The notes under the pieces were generated by a model. That model saw only the letters and a program-made list of their open reading frames with translations, did not search any database and had not been told where the DNA came from. The translations under genes were made by a program, and so were the position numbers. From positions 53,149-117,148 of the forward strand of contig DATLFB010000120.1 of assembly GCA_035525285.1 (NCBI GenBank): DNA of 64,000 bases, in the 5' to 3' direction. Of this stretch, positions 50,106 to 60,900 are shown one piece after another (position 1 is the first letter of the stretch; each line of letters opens with the position of its first letter). Origin of the DNA: Thermoanaerobaculia bacterium (GTDB lineage: Bacteria; Acidobacteriota; Thermoanaerobaculia; Gp7-AA8).

Positions 50106-50443
50106 CGAGCGTTCGTCTCTCCCCTAACGATTTCCTCCACCGCCTTCCCGCCCCCGACGGCAAGCGTTTCGTGCTCGCGTTCGAGCACGGGACGCTCGCC
50201 GTGGAGCTGTACGCGCCGCGCGGGAGCGATCCGCAGACGCCGCACACGCGCGATGAAGCCTACGTCGTCGTCAGCGGGAGCGGCACGTTCGTGCATGGCG
50301 AGCGGCGCGAGGCGTTCGCGGCGGGGGACTTCCTCTTCGCCGCCGCCGGCGTCGTGCATCGCTTCGAAGACTTCGCCGACGATCTCGCGGTCTGGGTGAT
50401 TTTCTACGGGCCGGAGGGTGGAGAGCGGATCTACCGATCGTAG
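50102..50443 (+). CDS. Cupin-domain protein
   Basis: GTG start overlapping the upstream stop; cupin-like ...HTRDEAYVVVSGSGTFVHGERREAFAAGDFLFAAAGVVHRF. Confidence 0.5.
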   Translation: MTSVRLSPNDFLHRLPAPDGKRFVLAFEHGTLAVELYAPRGSDPQTPHTRDEAYVVVSGSGTFVHGERREAFAAGDFLFAAAGVVHRFEDFADDLAVWVIFYGPEGGERIYRS

Positions 50444-50601
50444 AGTTTTTGTTGTCAAGCCCTCGGACGAGTTTTCAACATCTGCGGAAATCTCGCTTCC
50501 ACTGCGATCATGGCGCTGCACGGCGAAGGCGAGGCTGTGAAAAGCACTGCGGACGACAGGGCGGCAGCGAACACCATCCGTAGAATGCTCGCCTCTCTCG
50601 A

Positions 50602-51999
50602 ATGAGTGTTGCCCAACTCGATGTTGCGCTCGACCGGCCTATGCCGCAGAGCCCTGATGCGGAGCGCGCCGTGCTCGGCTCCATCATCATCAACAACCAC
50701 GCCTTCTACCGCGTCATCGGCACCATCAACACCGAAGACTTCTTCAAGGACTCGCACCGCACCATCTTCGCGACGATGCGGCGGATGGCGGAGCGCAGCC
50801 AGGAGATCGAAGCGCTCACGCTGAAGGAAGAGCTGGCGAAGAACGCCCAGCTCGAGCAGGTCGGCGGCGTCGCCTACCTCTCCTCGCTGCTCGACGCCGT
50901 TCCCGACGTCGCGAACGTCGAGCGCTACGCCCGAATCGTCAAGGAGAAGTCGACTTTGCGCCGGCTGATCGTGATGGGCAACAGCGTCATGCGCGCCGCG
51001 CTCGAGGCGCCGAGCGAGCCGGACGAAGTGCTCAACATCGCCGAGAAATCGCTGTACGACATCGCCGAGGGCGTCACCGACAAGGGATTCGTCGCGCTCG
51101 AGCGCATCACCCGCAACAACATGACCGCCATCGAGCAGATCCACAGCGCCGGCAAGCTGCTCACCGGCATCCCCACCGGCTACGACCGCTTCAACGAGTT
51201 CACCTCGGGCTTCCAGCTGCAGGACCTGATCATCCTCGCGGCGAGACCCTCGATGGGGAAGACGAGCCTTATGATGAACATCGCCGAGTCCATCGCCATC
51301 CCCGGCAAGGACGGCGCGCCGCGCACGGGCGCACAGCGGCTTTACGCGGTCGGCGTGTTCTCGCTCGAAATGTCCAAAGAGCAGATCGGGCTGCGCATCC
51401 TTTCCTCCGAGTCGGGCGTGTCGAATCACCTCATCCGCTCGGGCATGCTCTCCGAGCGCAACTGGCGGGATCTCGCCGACGCGGCGGCGCGCCTGGCGAA
51501 GGGAAAGATCTACGTCGATGACTCGCCGGGCATGGACCCGCTCGAGATGCGCGCGAAGGCGCGGCGGCTGAAGATGGAGGTTGGGCTCGACATGGTCATG
51601 GTCGACTACCTCCAGCTCATGGCCCTGAAGGGCAAGGTCGAGTCGCGGCAGCAGGAGATCTCGCAGATCTCGCGCGGGCTGAAGGCGATCGCGAAAGAGC
51701 TGAATCTGCCGCTGCTCGCCCTCTCCCAGCTCTCGCGCCGTCCCGAGCAGCGCACCGGAGATCACCGCCCGCAGCTCGCCGATCTCCGCGAGTCGGGCGC
51801 GATCGAGCAGGATGCGGATCTCGTCGCGTTCATCTACCGCGACGAGGTGTACAACCGCGACACCGAGGAGAAGGGGATCGCGGAGATCATCATCGCCAAG
51901 CAGCGCAACGGCCCCATCGGCGACTTCAAGCTCGTCTTCCGCAACGACATCACCAAGTTCTTCAACTACGAGCCGCAGCCGGACTTCATCCCGCAGTAA
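50602..51999 (+). CDS. dnaB: Replicative DNA helicase DnaB (no intein)
   Basis: N-terminal domain ERAVLGSIIIN; Walker A ARPSMGKTS; RecA-like motifs QLSRRPEQR, DADLVAFIYRDEVY. Confidence 0.9.
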   Translation: MSVAQLDVALDRPMPQSPDAERAVLGSIIINNHAFYRVIGTINTEDFFKDSHRTIFATMRRMAERSQEIEALTLKEELAKNAQLEQVGGVAYLSSLLDAVPDVANVERYARIVKEKSTLRRLIVMGNSVMRAALEAPSEPDEVLNIAEKSLYDIAEGVTDKGFVALERITRNNMTAIEQIHSAGKLLTGIPTGYDRFNEFTSGFQLQDLIILAARPSMGKTSLMMNIAESIAIPGKDGAPRTGAQRLYAVGVFSLEMSKEQIGLRILSSESGVSNHLIRSGMLSERNWRDLADAAARLAKGKIYVDDSPGMDPLEMRAKARRLKMEVGLDMVMVDYLQLMALKGKVESRQQEISQISRGLKAIAKELNLPLLALSQLSRRPEQRTGDHRPQLADLRESGAIEQDADLVAFIYRDEVYNRDTEEKGIAEIIIAKQRNGPIGDFKLVFRNDITKFFNYEPQPDFIPQ

Positions 52000-52059
52000 G
52001 CGCCGGGTCTTCAGTTAAGCATCGCGAGGCACGACCTACGGCGCCTGATTGCGATCTTG

Positions 52060-52164
52060 TCCCCTCTCCCCGCCACGCGGGGAGAGGGTTAGGGTGAGGG
52101 GTTCTCCGGGTGGCGGACGGAACACCCCCTAACCCTAACCCCCCGTGTCCGGGGGAGAGGGGAC
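52060..52164. repeat. Family E palindromic repeat, composite (CCCCTCTCCCCGC…GCGGGGAGAGGG plus TAGGGTGAGGGG/CCCCCTAACCCTAA arms)
   Basis: After dnaB; two nested hairpins. Confidence 0.75.
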
Positions 52165-52337
52165 TCACATCACTGCATGCGAAGACTCGGGATGCTCAAC
52201 TGAAGACCATTGCGGCTAACCGGCTCTGAGCGAAGAGCTCGTCCGCAGCGGCGTCGCCCGGCGAGAGTGACGCGCGGAACCCCACACGTCGAGGAATCCT
52301 GCGAGAATGGGCGCGTTCCGATTCTCAGGAGCCTCGC

Positions 52338-53604
52338 GATGAAAACCATTCTCTCCGCACTCCTTCTCCTTTTCCTCGCCGTCGACGCCCGCGCGGAGAT
52401 CGTCCGCGTCGTGGTCGACGACATGATTCATCCGATCAGCGACGAGTACATCGGCCGCGCGCTCGATCAGGCGGCGGCGCGCAAGGCGGACGTCGTGCTG
52501 ATCGAGCTTCGCACGCCGGGCGGGCTGGAGACGTCGATGCGCGCCATCGTCGAGAAGATCATCAAGTCGCCCGTGCCGGTGATCGTCTGGGTCGGGCCGA
52601 GCGGCGCACGCGCCGCGTCGGCTGGCTTCTTCATCCTCGAGTCGGCGGACGTCGCCGCGATGGCGCCCGGCACGAACACCGGCTCCGCGCATCCCGTGCT
52701 CCTCGGCGAGAAGCTCGACGACATCATGAAGATGAAGATGCAGAACGATGCCGCCGCGTTCATGCGCAGCATCGCCCAGCGGCGCGGGCGCAACGTCGCC
52801 GTCGCGGAGAGCGCCGTACGCGAGTCGAAGTCGTTCACCGAGGACGAGGCGCTGTCGCTGAGGCTGATCGACGTCGTCGCGTCCGACGTGCCGTCGCTGC
52901 TCAAATGGGCGAACGGCAGAACCGTGAAGCGTTTCAACGGCGCGACGAGCGTGCTGCGCACGGCGAATCAGCCGATCACGAACTACGAGATGTCTCTCAA
53001 GCAGCGCCTGCTCTCGTGGATCATGGATCCGAACGTCGCCTTCATCCTGATGTCCCTCGGCATGCTCGCGCTCTGGGCGGAGTTCAACCATCCCGGCGCG
53101 ATCCTTCCCGGCGTGGTCGGCCTCATCGCGATCCTCCTCTCCGTCTTCGCGCTCAATCTCCTGCCGACGCGCTACGCCGCGTTCGCGCTGATCGTCGCCG
53201 CGTTCCTGCTCTTCGCACTCGAGGCGAAGTTCACCTCGTACGGCATCCTCGGTACGGGCGGAGTGATCTGCCTGATCTTCGGCGCGCTGCTCCTCGTCGA
53301 CGGACCGATTCCCGAGATGCGCGTGCATCTCATCACCGCGATCGTCGTGAGCGTGCCGCTCGGAGCGATCGCCGTCTTTCTGATGACGCTCGTGGTTCGC
53401 GCGCACGGAAACCCCGTGGTTACGGGAACGCAAGCGATGATCGGCGAGATCGGCATCGCGCGCACCGCCCTCGCACCCGCGGGGCAGGTGTTCGTCGGCG
53501 GCGAGCTGTGGAACGCGACGGCGAAGACGTCGATCGCGGAGGGAGCGCGCGTGCGCGTGCGGGGGGTGGAAGGGCTGCGGGTGGTGGTGGAGCCGGCGGA
53601 TTAG
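52338..53604 (+). CDS. NfeD-family membrane-bound serine protease (ClpP-class N-domain, TM segments, C-terminal OB domain)
   Basis: Signal/TM MKTILSALLLLFLAV; ClpP-like TPGGLETSMRAIVEKI...SAGFFIL; 4 TM helices; C-terminal beta domain. Confidence 0.75.
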
Positions 53605-53606
53605 GA

Positions 53607-54528
53607 TTAAGGCCCCTCACCCTGGCCCTCTCCCCGCTCGGCGGGGAGAGGGGACTGTTTGAGCCACGGCAGTTCCCAGCGGCCTTCCTCTTCGTCGAGT
53701 TTCGGCAGTGGCACGGGCTTGCCGAGGCGTTTGAGCTGCGTGAGCTCCCACAGCTTCGCGTACTTCCAGAACGTGTAGTAGACGTGCATGCCGACGGAGA
53801 TGACGCCGCGCGCGCCGTCGAGGAAGCCGAGGTTGAAGACGTAGTCGCGCACGAACCTGCCTAGCGGATGGCCGAGGATGCCGAGAAGGCTGGTGGTTTT
53901 TCCGTCGATGTACATCTGCGCGGCGGCCCAGTTCGCGTAGCGCGTCATCTTCGCGATCATGTGGTCGAACGAGCGGACGTAGTAGTGATCCATCTTGTGG
54001 CGCAGCGCGCCGGTCTCGCCGTCGACGATCAGATCGGCGTGCACGCGCTTGTTCGGATAGCGCGCATGGCCGCGATGAAAGAGCCGCGTCACGCGATCGC
54101 GCTGCAGGCCGCTGAAGCGCACCTGCTGCCCGAGCATGAAGTTGCGGCGGCCGACGGAATACGCCCAGAAAGGAGGGCGGACCTCCGGTCCGCCGCTTGG
54201 GGGGCGGACGGGACGTCCGCCCTCCAGCGTGCGCAGGATCTCGTCGCGGAGCTTCTGGGTCACGCGCTCGTCGGCGTCGATGACGAAGATCCAGTCGTGC
54301 GCGGCGAGATCGATCGCGTAGTTCTTCTGTGAGGCCGCGCCGAGGTACTCGCGCTGCTCGATGCGCGCGCGGGGAAACTTCGCGCGGACCAGGTCGACCG
54401 TGCCGTCGGTGGAGAGCGAATCGACGAGGTAGATCTCATCCGCCCACTCGACGGAGCGGATGCAGTCCTCGATGTAATCGTGCTCGTTGAGGGTGTGAAT
54501 GATGACGGTGACGGGCGGACGGGGCATT
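53607..54528 (-). CDS. Glycosyltransferase family 2 (LPS-core beta-glucosyltransferase-like)
   Basis: VTVIIHTLNEHDYIEDCIRSV...IYLVDSLSTDGT...WIFVIDADE (DxD). In-frame family A repeat at 54171-54226. The 3' end runs into a family E repeat, and upstream ORF sequence beyond 54528 overlaps the + strand gene. Confidence 0.7.
53612..53655. repeat. Family E repeat (CCCCTCACCCTGGCCCTCTCCCCGC-N5-GCGGGGAGAGGGGAC)
   Basis: Between convergent nfeD and GT2; read through by the GT2 ORF. Confidence 0.75.
54171..54226. repeat. Family A repeat (variant left half GGCGGACCTCCGGTCCGCC) in-frame in the GT2 CDS
   Basis: Encodes …EGGRPVRPPSGGPEVRPP…. Confidence 0.8.
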
Positions 54529-54587
54529 GCGGAACCGAATTCTAGTCGCCGGACCGATTTTGTCTGTTGGTCTATCAACAACGAGGT

Positions 54588-55619
54588 ATGAAAATGAAAA
54601 AGCTCGTGGCTTCCACGACGTTCGTCGTCGTCCTGTCGATCAGTGCCCCCGCGCTCGCGCAGCCCTACGGCAGTTACCTCGAGGTCCAGCAGGGACACGG
54701 CTACGTCTCGTACACGCTGGCGAATACGGCCTACGCGTTCTCGAACGGAATCACGCTGGAGGGCTGGCTCTATCTCTACGCGGCTAGCGAGGTCTGCGGC
54801 ACGATCCTCGGCCGCAACTACGAAACGGCGTACTGGGTCGCGGTCTGCGGACTCACGCTGCGCTCGCGCCTCCGCGGCAACGGCTCCGACCGCGACGGCG
54901 GCCTGCTGCCGATCGGGCGCTGGACGCATTTCGCGGTCACCTTCGACGGCACGACGCGCAGACACTACATCAACGGAGAAGAGGCCGGCGCATGGCCCGA
55001 CCCCGGACCGATCGGCTCGAGCTCGTCCGAACTGCGGCTCGGAAGCGACATCCGCTGGCAGATCAGCCCTCGCGGCGCGTTCGACGAGATCCGCGCGTGG
55101 GACCGCGCGCTGACGACGGACGAGATCCGCAAGGGAATCAACACGCCGCTGACTCCGCCGCAGCCGAATCTCGCCGGCGTGTTTCATCTCGACAACAACG
55201 CGATCGAGTCGGTGTCTGGCGAGCACGGGACGCCGGCGGGAACGTGTCAGTACAAGAAGCTTTCTTCGTCGAGCTGCACGACGACCGATGAAATGCTCTG
55301 CCTCGATCACCGTTTCGCGGTCCGCGTCGACTACTTCCTGGAAAGCAGTTCCGGCGCGGCGAAGGTCGTGAACTTCAACACCGAAAGCTCTGGACTGTTC
55401 TGGTTTTTCGGCGCCGACAACTGGGAAGTCCTCGTCAAGGCCCTGAACGGCTGTGCGTTGAACGAACGAAAGTGGATTTTCGCGGCGAGCACCACGAACA
55501 TCCGGTACGACATGACGGTCACCGACACGCAAACGGGCGCAGTCAAGCACTATCTCAACTTCCAGGGGGTCTCAGCTCCCGCGATCACGGACACGGAAGC
55601 GTTCAGAACGTGCCCATAA
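54588..55619 (+). CDS. Secreted LamG-like (concanavalin-A-like lectin/glucanase fold) domain protein
   Basis: Signal peptide MKKLVASTTFVVVLSISAPALA; LamG-type GWLYL...RWTHFAVTFDG...HYINGEE. Confidence 0.55.
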   Translation: MKMKKLVASTTFVVVLSISAPALAQPYGSYLEVQQGHGYVSYTLANTAYAFSNGITLEGWLYLYAASEVCGTILGRNYETAYWVAVCGLTLRSRLRGNGSDRDGGLLPIGRWTHFAVTFDGTTRRHYINGEEAGAWPDPGPIGSSSSELRLGSDIRWQISPRGAFDEIRAWDRALTTDEIRKGINTPLTPPQPNLAGVFHLDNNAIESVSGEHGTPAGTCQYKKLSSSSCTTTDEMLCLDHRFAVRVDYFLESSSGAAKVVNFNTESSGLFWFFGADNWEVLVKALNGCALNERKWIFAASTTNIRYDMTVTDTQTGAVKHYLNFQGVSAPAITDTEAFRTCP

Positions 55620-55628
55620 AATGAGCGG

Positions 55629-56955
55629 ATGGTGACTCGACGTGTTCTGTTCGTCGCACTGTTCGCTTTTTCCTGCGCCCATCCACGCAGCGGCGGGCTT
55701 CAGCCCGCCGACGACCGGCTGAAGCCGGTCGCTACGTCAGACAGCGCCCGCCGCTACACCGTGCTCATGGCGGGCAACACCACCGGCGCGCAGGTCGTCA
55801 CCGCGAGCGGCGATGAAACCGTCGTCGACTTCAGCTTCACCGTCGAGAACGGCGTTGCGAAATGGAAGAACACCGCGGAGTCCGGCGAAGAGAAAGCCGG
55901 CTCGCTCTACGCGAGCATGTACGGCCCGCCGGAAGAGCTGGGCATTCTCGCCAACGCGCTGCTGCGCAACGGCGGCAGACTGCCGCTCGCCGGCGGCGGC
56001 GAGGCGTCGATCCGGAAAGCGGGCAAGCTCACCCTCGACGGCAGGCGCGTCACGGCGTACGAAATCAGCGGATTCGGATTCACGCCGTTCGAAGTGTGGA
56101 CGCGCGCAAGCAGGAGCGCGGGAAAGCGATCGCGGCGAAGCTGACGCAGCGGCCGGTCGGGGATCGCTTCATCGTCACCGACGCGCGCGTGTTCGATCCG
56201 CGCAGCGGAACGCTTTCCGAGCCAACAATGATCGTCGTCGAAGGCAATCGCATCGTGTCGGTCGGCGAAGGAACGGAGCGCAGCGCGGCGACGCTCATCA
56301 AAGCAGACGGGAAGGTCGTGCTGAACGAAGAGGACGCGAGGAAGGCCGTCGATTTCTTTGCCGGCCGCGGCTACGAGGGACTGAAGATCTACAGCTCGAT
56401 CAAGCCGGAGCTCGTGCCGGTCCTGACGCGCTACGCGCACGAGAAGGGTTGCGTGTGAGCGGACACATTCCCGCGAACATGCGCGCCGAGGAGGCGGTGG
56501 ATGCGGGATATGACGAGATCCAGCACGCGAACATGCTCTTCCTCAACTTCATGCCGGACGTGAAGGACACGCGCACGCCCGCGCGCTTCACCGCGGTCGC
56601 CGAGCGCGGCGCGGATCTCGATCTTTCGTCGAGCGAGGTGCGCGCGTTCATCGAGAAGCTGCGCAGCCGCGGCATCGTCGTCGATCCGACGGTGGCGGTG
56701 TTCGAGGGGCTGTTCACCGCGCGCACGGGCTCTCTCGCTCCGAGCTACGCGATGATCGCCGAGCGCATGCCGCCGCAGGTGCGACGCGGATTCCTCACCG
56801 GCGGACTGCCCGAGGCGGGGAAGCTCGCCGACTTCATCCTCGTCGACGGCGATCCGACGAAGGACATCTCGGACATTCGCCGCGTCGTCACGATCGTGAA
56901 GGACGGACGCGTGTACGACGCGCGCGCGATTTACGCAGAGTTGGGGATTCGGTAG
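55629..56955 (+). pseudogene. Amidohydrolase-family gene (metal-dependent hydrolase) disrupted by two frameshifts (near 56100 and 56447)
   Basis: Three consecutive ORFs in three frames. The junction AHEKG|LRVSGHIPANMRAEEAVDAGYDEIQH needs a single-nucleotide slip. C-terminal ADFILVDGDPTKDISDIRRVVTIVKDGRV is typical of the amidohydrolase superfamily. Confidence 0.55.
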
Positions 56956-56957
56956 TG

Positions 56958-57122
56958 GACCTTCAACCTTGAAAGCATGCGTGGCCAGCCTTGTCATCCC
57001 GAGCGTGAGCGAGGGACCCGGGCGGGCGGGTGGCTCGATGATGGCGCCACCCTACCCCCCGGGTCCCTCGCTCACGCTCGGGATGACAAGGCTTGGTACC
57101 TACGCTTTCAATGTTGAATGTT
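56958..57122. repeat. Family D MITE-like element (long form) between the amidohydrolase pseudogene and the MBL hydrolase
   Basis: Near-identical to the copy at 16100-16262, including the outer arms. Confidence 0.85.
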
Positions 57123-57124
57123 CA

Positions 57125-57889
57125 CTAGAGCGTGTAATTCTTCTCGAGCAGCACCCGCGCGCGACGGTCACGCAAGTTCCGGATCTGCGACTCGATATCG
57201 CGCTCGTACGGAAGCTTGCGGTGGCTCGCGTACACCGGCGCGTCGACCAGGATCTTTTTCAGTTCCTCGCCGAAGGTGTTCGGCGAGAGATGCGCGGTCT
57301 CGTCGGCGAGCTGCTGCTGATCGTTCGGGAACGACGCCTCGGTGATGATCGCGACCACGTTCTCGGCCTTGTTCGTCCGCTTCCAGATGTCGTGCGTCGG
57401 GCCGGTGTCGCCGGTGAAGACGATCGTCTGGCCGTTCATCTCGAGGATCACGCCCGCGGCGGGAATCTGATGATCGACGTTGACCGCGGTGAGGCCGACG
57501 TCATTGAACACGATCCGTTTGCCCGGCGTGAGCGCGCGATATTGCACGGCGGGCTTGCCGGTGAGCGGTGAGGTGATCTCGGAGAAGTCGGGCCAGGCGA
57601 CACCGTTGAAGAGATCGCGCACGAGGATGTCCATCACCTCTTTCGAGGCGAAGAGCGTCAGCGGTGCGGCGCTCTGGCTGAATCGATTGTGGATCAGGTG
57701 CGGCAGATCGCGGGTGTGATCGGCGTGCGGATGGGTGATGAAGACGGCCTGGATGCGCGCCTGCTGCGTGAAGGAGAGCTTCGAGGTGAGAGTCCCGGCA
57801 TCCACGGCGAGCCAGTCATCGATGACATAGCCCGTGAGGTTGTGTTCCGCATCCGACGCCCCGTAGGCGCCGAGGACCTTCAGCCGCAT
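57125..57889 (-). CDS. MBL-fold metallo-hydrolase (class II cyclic-nucleotide phosphodiesterase-like)
   Basis: ITHPHADHTRDLPHL His motif; beta-lactamase-fold pattern. Confidence 0.65.
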   Translation of the reverse strand: MRLKVLGAYGASDAEHNLTGYVIDDWLAVDAGTLTSKLSFTQQARIQAVFITHPHADHTRDLPHLIHNRFSQSAAPLTLFASKEVMDILVRDLFNGVAWPDFSEITSPLTGKPAVQYRALTPGKRIVFNDVGLTAVNVDHQIPAAGVILEMNGQTIVFTGDTGPTHDIWKRTNKAENVVAIITEASFPNDQQQLADETAHLSPNTFGEELKKILVDAPVYASHRKLPYERDIESQIRNLRDRRARVLLEKNYTL

Positions 57890-57986
57890 CTCCCGTCCTT
57901 CACTTCCACCTTCTGCTCAATGGGGGACTAAGCCACTATTCTTGCAGCCGTCACATGGGTTGTCCAGCAGAGTGACGCCGCTCACT

Positions 57987-60900
57987 ATGGCGCGAAGCTC
58001 AAAAACTGACCCTGCCCTCGAGCCGTTCCATCCTGCCGTGCAGGAATGGTTTGCGGCCTCGTTCGCCGCGCCGACGCGCGCGCAGACGCTCGGCTGGCCG
58101 GCCATCGCCCGAGGCGACTGGACGCTCATCAGCGCCCCCACCGGCAGCGGCAAAACACTGACCGCATTTCTGTGGGCACTCGATCGATTGATGTTCGCGA
58201 AGCCTGCCCTGAGCGGAGCCGAAGGGCGCCCGCCGAAAGAGCGGCGCTGCCGGGTGATGTACGTCTCGCCGCTGAAAGCGCTCGCAGTCGATGTCGAACG
58301 CAATCTGCGCGCGCCGCTCGCGGGAATCGCGAACGTGGCGCGGGCGCGCGGCGACGACTTCACGATTCCGCAGATCGCGATCCGCACCGGCGACACGCCG
58401 CAATCGGAGCGCGCGCGTTTTCTCCGCAATCCGGCGGACATCCTGATCACCACCCCCGAGTCGCTCTATCTGATGCTGACCTCGAACGCGCGCGAGATGC
58501 TGCGCGGTATCGAGACGTTCATCGTCGACGAGATCCACGCGCTCGTGCCGAACAAGCGAGGGGCGCATATGGCGTTGTCGCTGGAGCGGCTCGCGGTGCT
58601 CTGCGATTCGACGCCGCAACGGATTGGGCTTTCGGCGACGCAGAGGCCGCTCGAGGAGGTTGCGCATTTTCTGGGGGGTTGCCCGGTTGCCCGGTTGCCC
58701 AGTCTCCCAGTGAAGCCTACCGGGCAACCGGGCAACCGGGCAACCGGGCAACCAGAAATCCACGACGAATTCACCGACCAAACCAAGGCGCGATTTCGTC
58801 CGATCACGATCATCGACACCGGCGAGAAAAAAAAGTTCACCCTCAAAGTCGAGGTCCCCGTCGAAGACATGGCAAAGCTCGCGGAACGGGAGATTGCGAG
58901 CGGACCGGCGTCGGCGGGGCCGCGGTCGCCGTCGATCTGGCCGGCGATTCATCCGCGGCTGCTGGAGCTGATCCGCGCGCATACGTCGACGCTCATCTTC
59001 GTCAACTCGCGGCGGCTCGCGGAGCGGCTCGCCGCTGCGATCAACGAGCTCGCTGGCGAGACGCTCGTGCAGTCGCATCACGGCTCGATCGCGCGCGCGC
59101 AACGCGTGGAAATCGAGGACGCGCTGAAATCGGGCAAGCTCCCCGCGCTCGTCGCGACGTCATCGCTCGAGCTGGGCATCGACATGGGCGCGATCGATCT
59201 CGTCATTCAGATCGAGGCGCCGCCCTCGATCGCCTCGGGCATGCAGCGCATCGGACGCGCGAGCCACCAGGTCGGCGCGGAGTCGAGCGGGATTATCTTC
59301 CCGAAGTTTCGTGGAGATCTCGTCGCCTGCGCGGCGGTCGCCGAGGCGATGCACGAGGGGAAGATCGAGCCGACGCGCTACCCGCGCAATCCGCTCGACG
59401 TGCTCGCGCAGCAGATCGTGGCGATGGTCGCCGTCGACGCGTGGCACGTCGATGAGCTCTTCGCGACGATTCGCGGCGCCGCGCCGTTCGCGGAGCTGAG
59501 CCGCGGCGTGTTCGAGGGCGTGCTGGACATGCTCTCCGGCATGTATCCGTCCGACGAGTTCGCGGAGCTGCGCCCGCGTCTCACGTGGGATCGCGTCGCG
59601 AACACGATCATCGCGCGCGAAGGAGCGAAACGCGTCGCCATCACCAACGGCGGCACGATCCCCGATCGCGGGTTGTACGGCGTCTTCCTCGCCGGCGCGG
59701 AGAAGAACCAGTCGGCGCGCGTCGGCGAGCTCGATGAGGAGATGGTTTTCGAGGCCGCGGTCGGCGAGACGTTCATCCTCGGCGCGTCGACGTGGCGCAT
59801 CGAGGAGATCACGCTCGACAAAGTGATCGTCACGCCCGCGCCGGGCCAGCCGGGAAAGATGCCGTTCTGGAAAGCGGATGCCGCCGAGCGCACGGTTCCT
59901 TTCGGGGAGACGATCGGCCGCCTCGTGCGCGAGATTCGCGAGGCGAAGCCCGCGGATGCGATTCGCCGTTTGATCAAACAGCACGATCTCGACAAGCTCG
60001 CCGCGGAGAATCTGCTGCAGTACCTGAACGATCAGGCCGAGGCGACCGGGGCGGTGCCGGATGACCGCACGGTGGTCATCGAGCGCGTCCTCGATGAGCT
60101 GGGCGACTGGCGCGTCTGCGTGCTCACGCCGTTCGGCGGAAAGATTCACGCGCCGTGGGCGATGGCCGTGAGCGCGAAAGTGCGAGCGGAGCTGGCGATC
60201 GACGTGGAGTCGATGTGGAGCGACGACGGATTCATCGTGCGTTTTCCCGAGACGGATCGCCCGCCCGCGGCGGAGCTCGTGCTGCCCGATCCCGACGAGA
60301 TCGAGCCGCTGCTCCTGCGGCAGCTCGGCGCGAGCTCGATGTTCGCGGCGAAGTTCCGCGAGGCGGCCGCACGCGCGCTGCTCCTGCCGCGACGTCGCGT
60401 GCAGGGACGCACGCCGCTGTGGCAGCAGCGCAAGCGCGCGTACGACCTGCTACAGGTCGCGTCGCGCTTCGGCTCGTTCCCGATCATCCTCGAGGCGTAT
60501 CGCGAGTGCCTGCGCGATGTGTTCGACGTTCCCGCGCTGGTCGACATCACGCGCCGCATCCAGCGCCGCGCGATTCGCGTCGTCACCGCCGACACGGAGA
60601 AGCCGTCGCCCTTCGCAGCCTCGGTGCTCTTCCGCTACGCGGCGAACTTTCTCTACGACGGCGACGCGCCGCTCGCGGAGCGCCGCGCGCAGGCGCTGGC
60701 GATCGATCAGTCGCAGCTCCGCGAGCTCCTCGGCGAGCCGGAGCTGCGCGAGCTGCTCGATCCCGAGGCGCTCGCGCAGACCGAGCTCGAACTGCAGCAT
60801 CTCGATGAGCGGCACCAGGCACGCTCGGCGGATGCGATTCACGATCTGCTGCTGCGCCTCGGCGATCTGACAGCGAGCGAGATCGCGGCGCGAAGCGAAG

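Noticed and set aside
58677-58756. Possible CRISPR array, considered for the tandem 9-mer CCGGGCAAC repeats here and at 37758-37853, and for the hairpin array at 22131-22556
   Set aside because: Units are 9 bp with no spacers, arranged as inverted tandem runs that form a hairpin. The 22 kb array has heterogeneous hairpins without uniform repeat or spacer periodicity, and there are no cas genes in the window.
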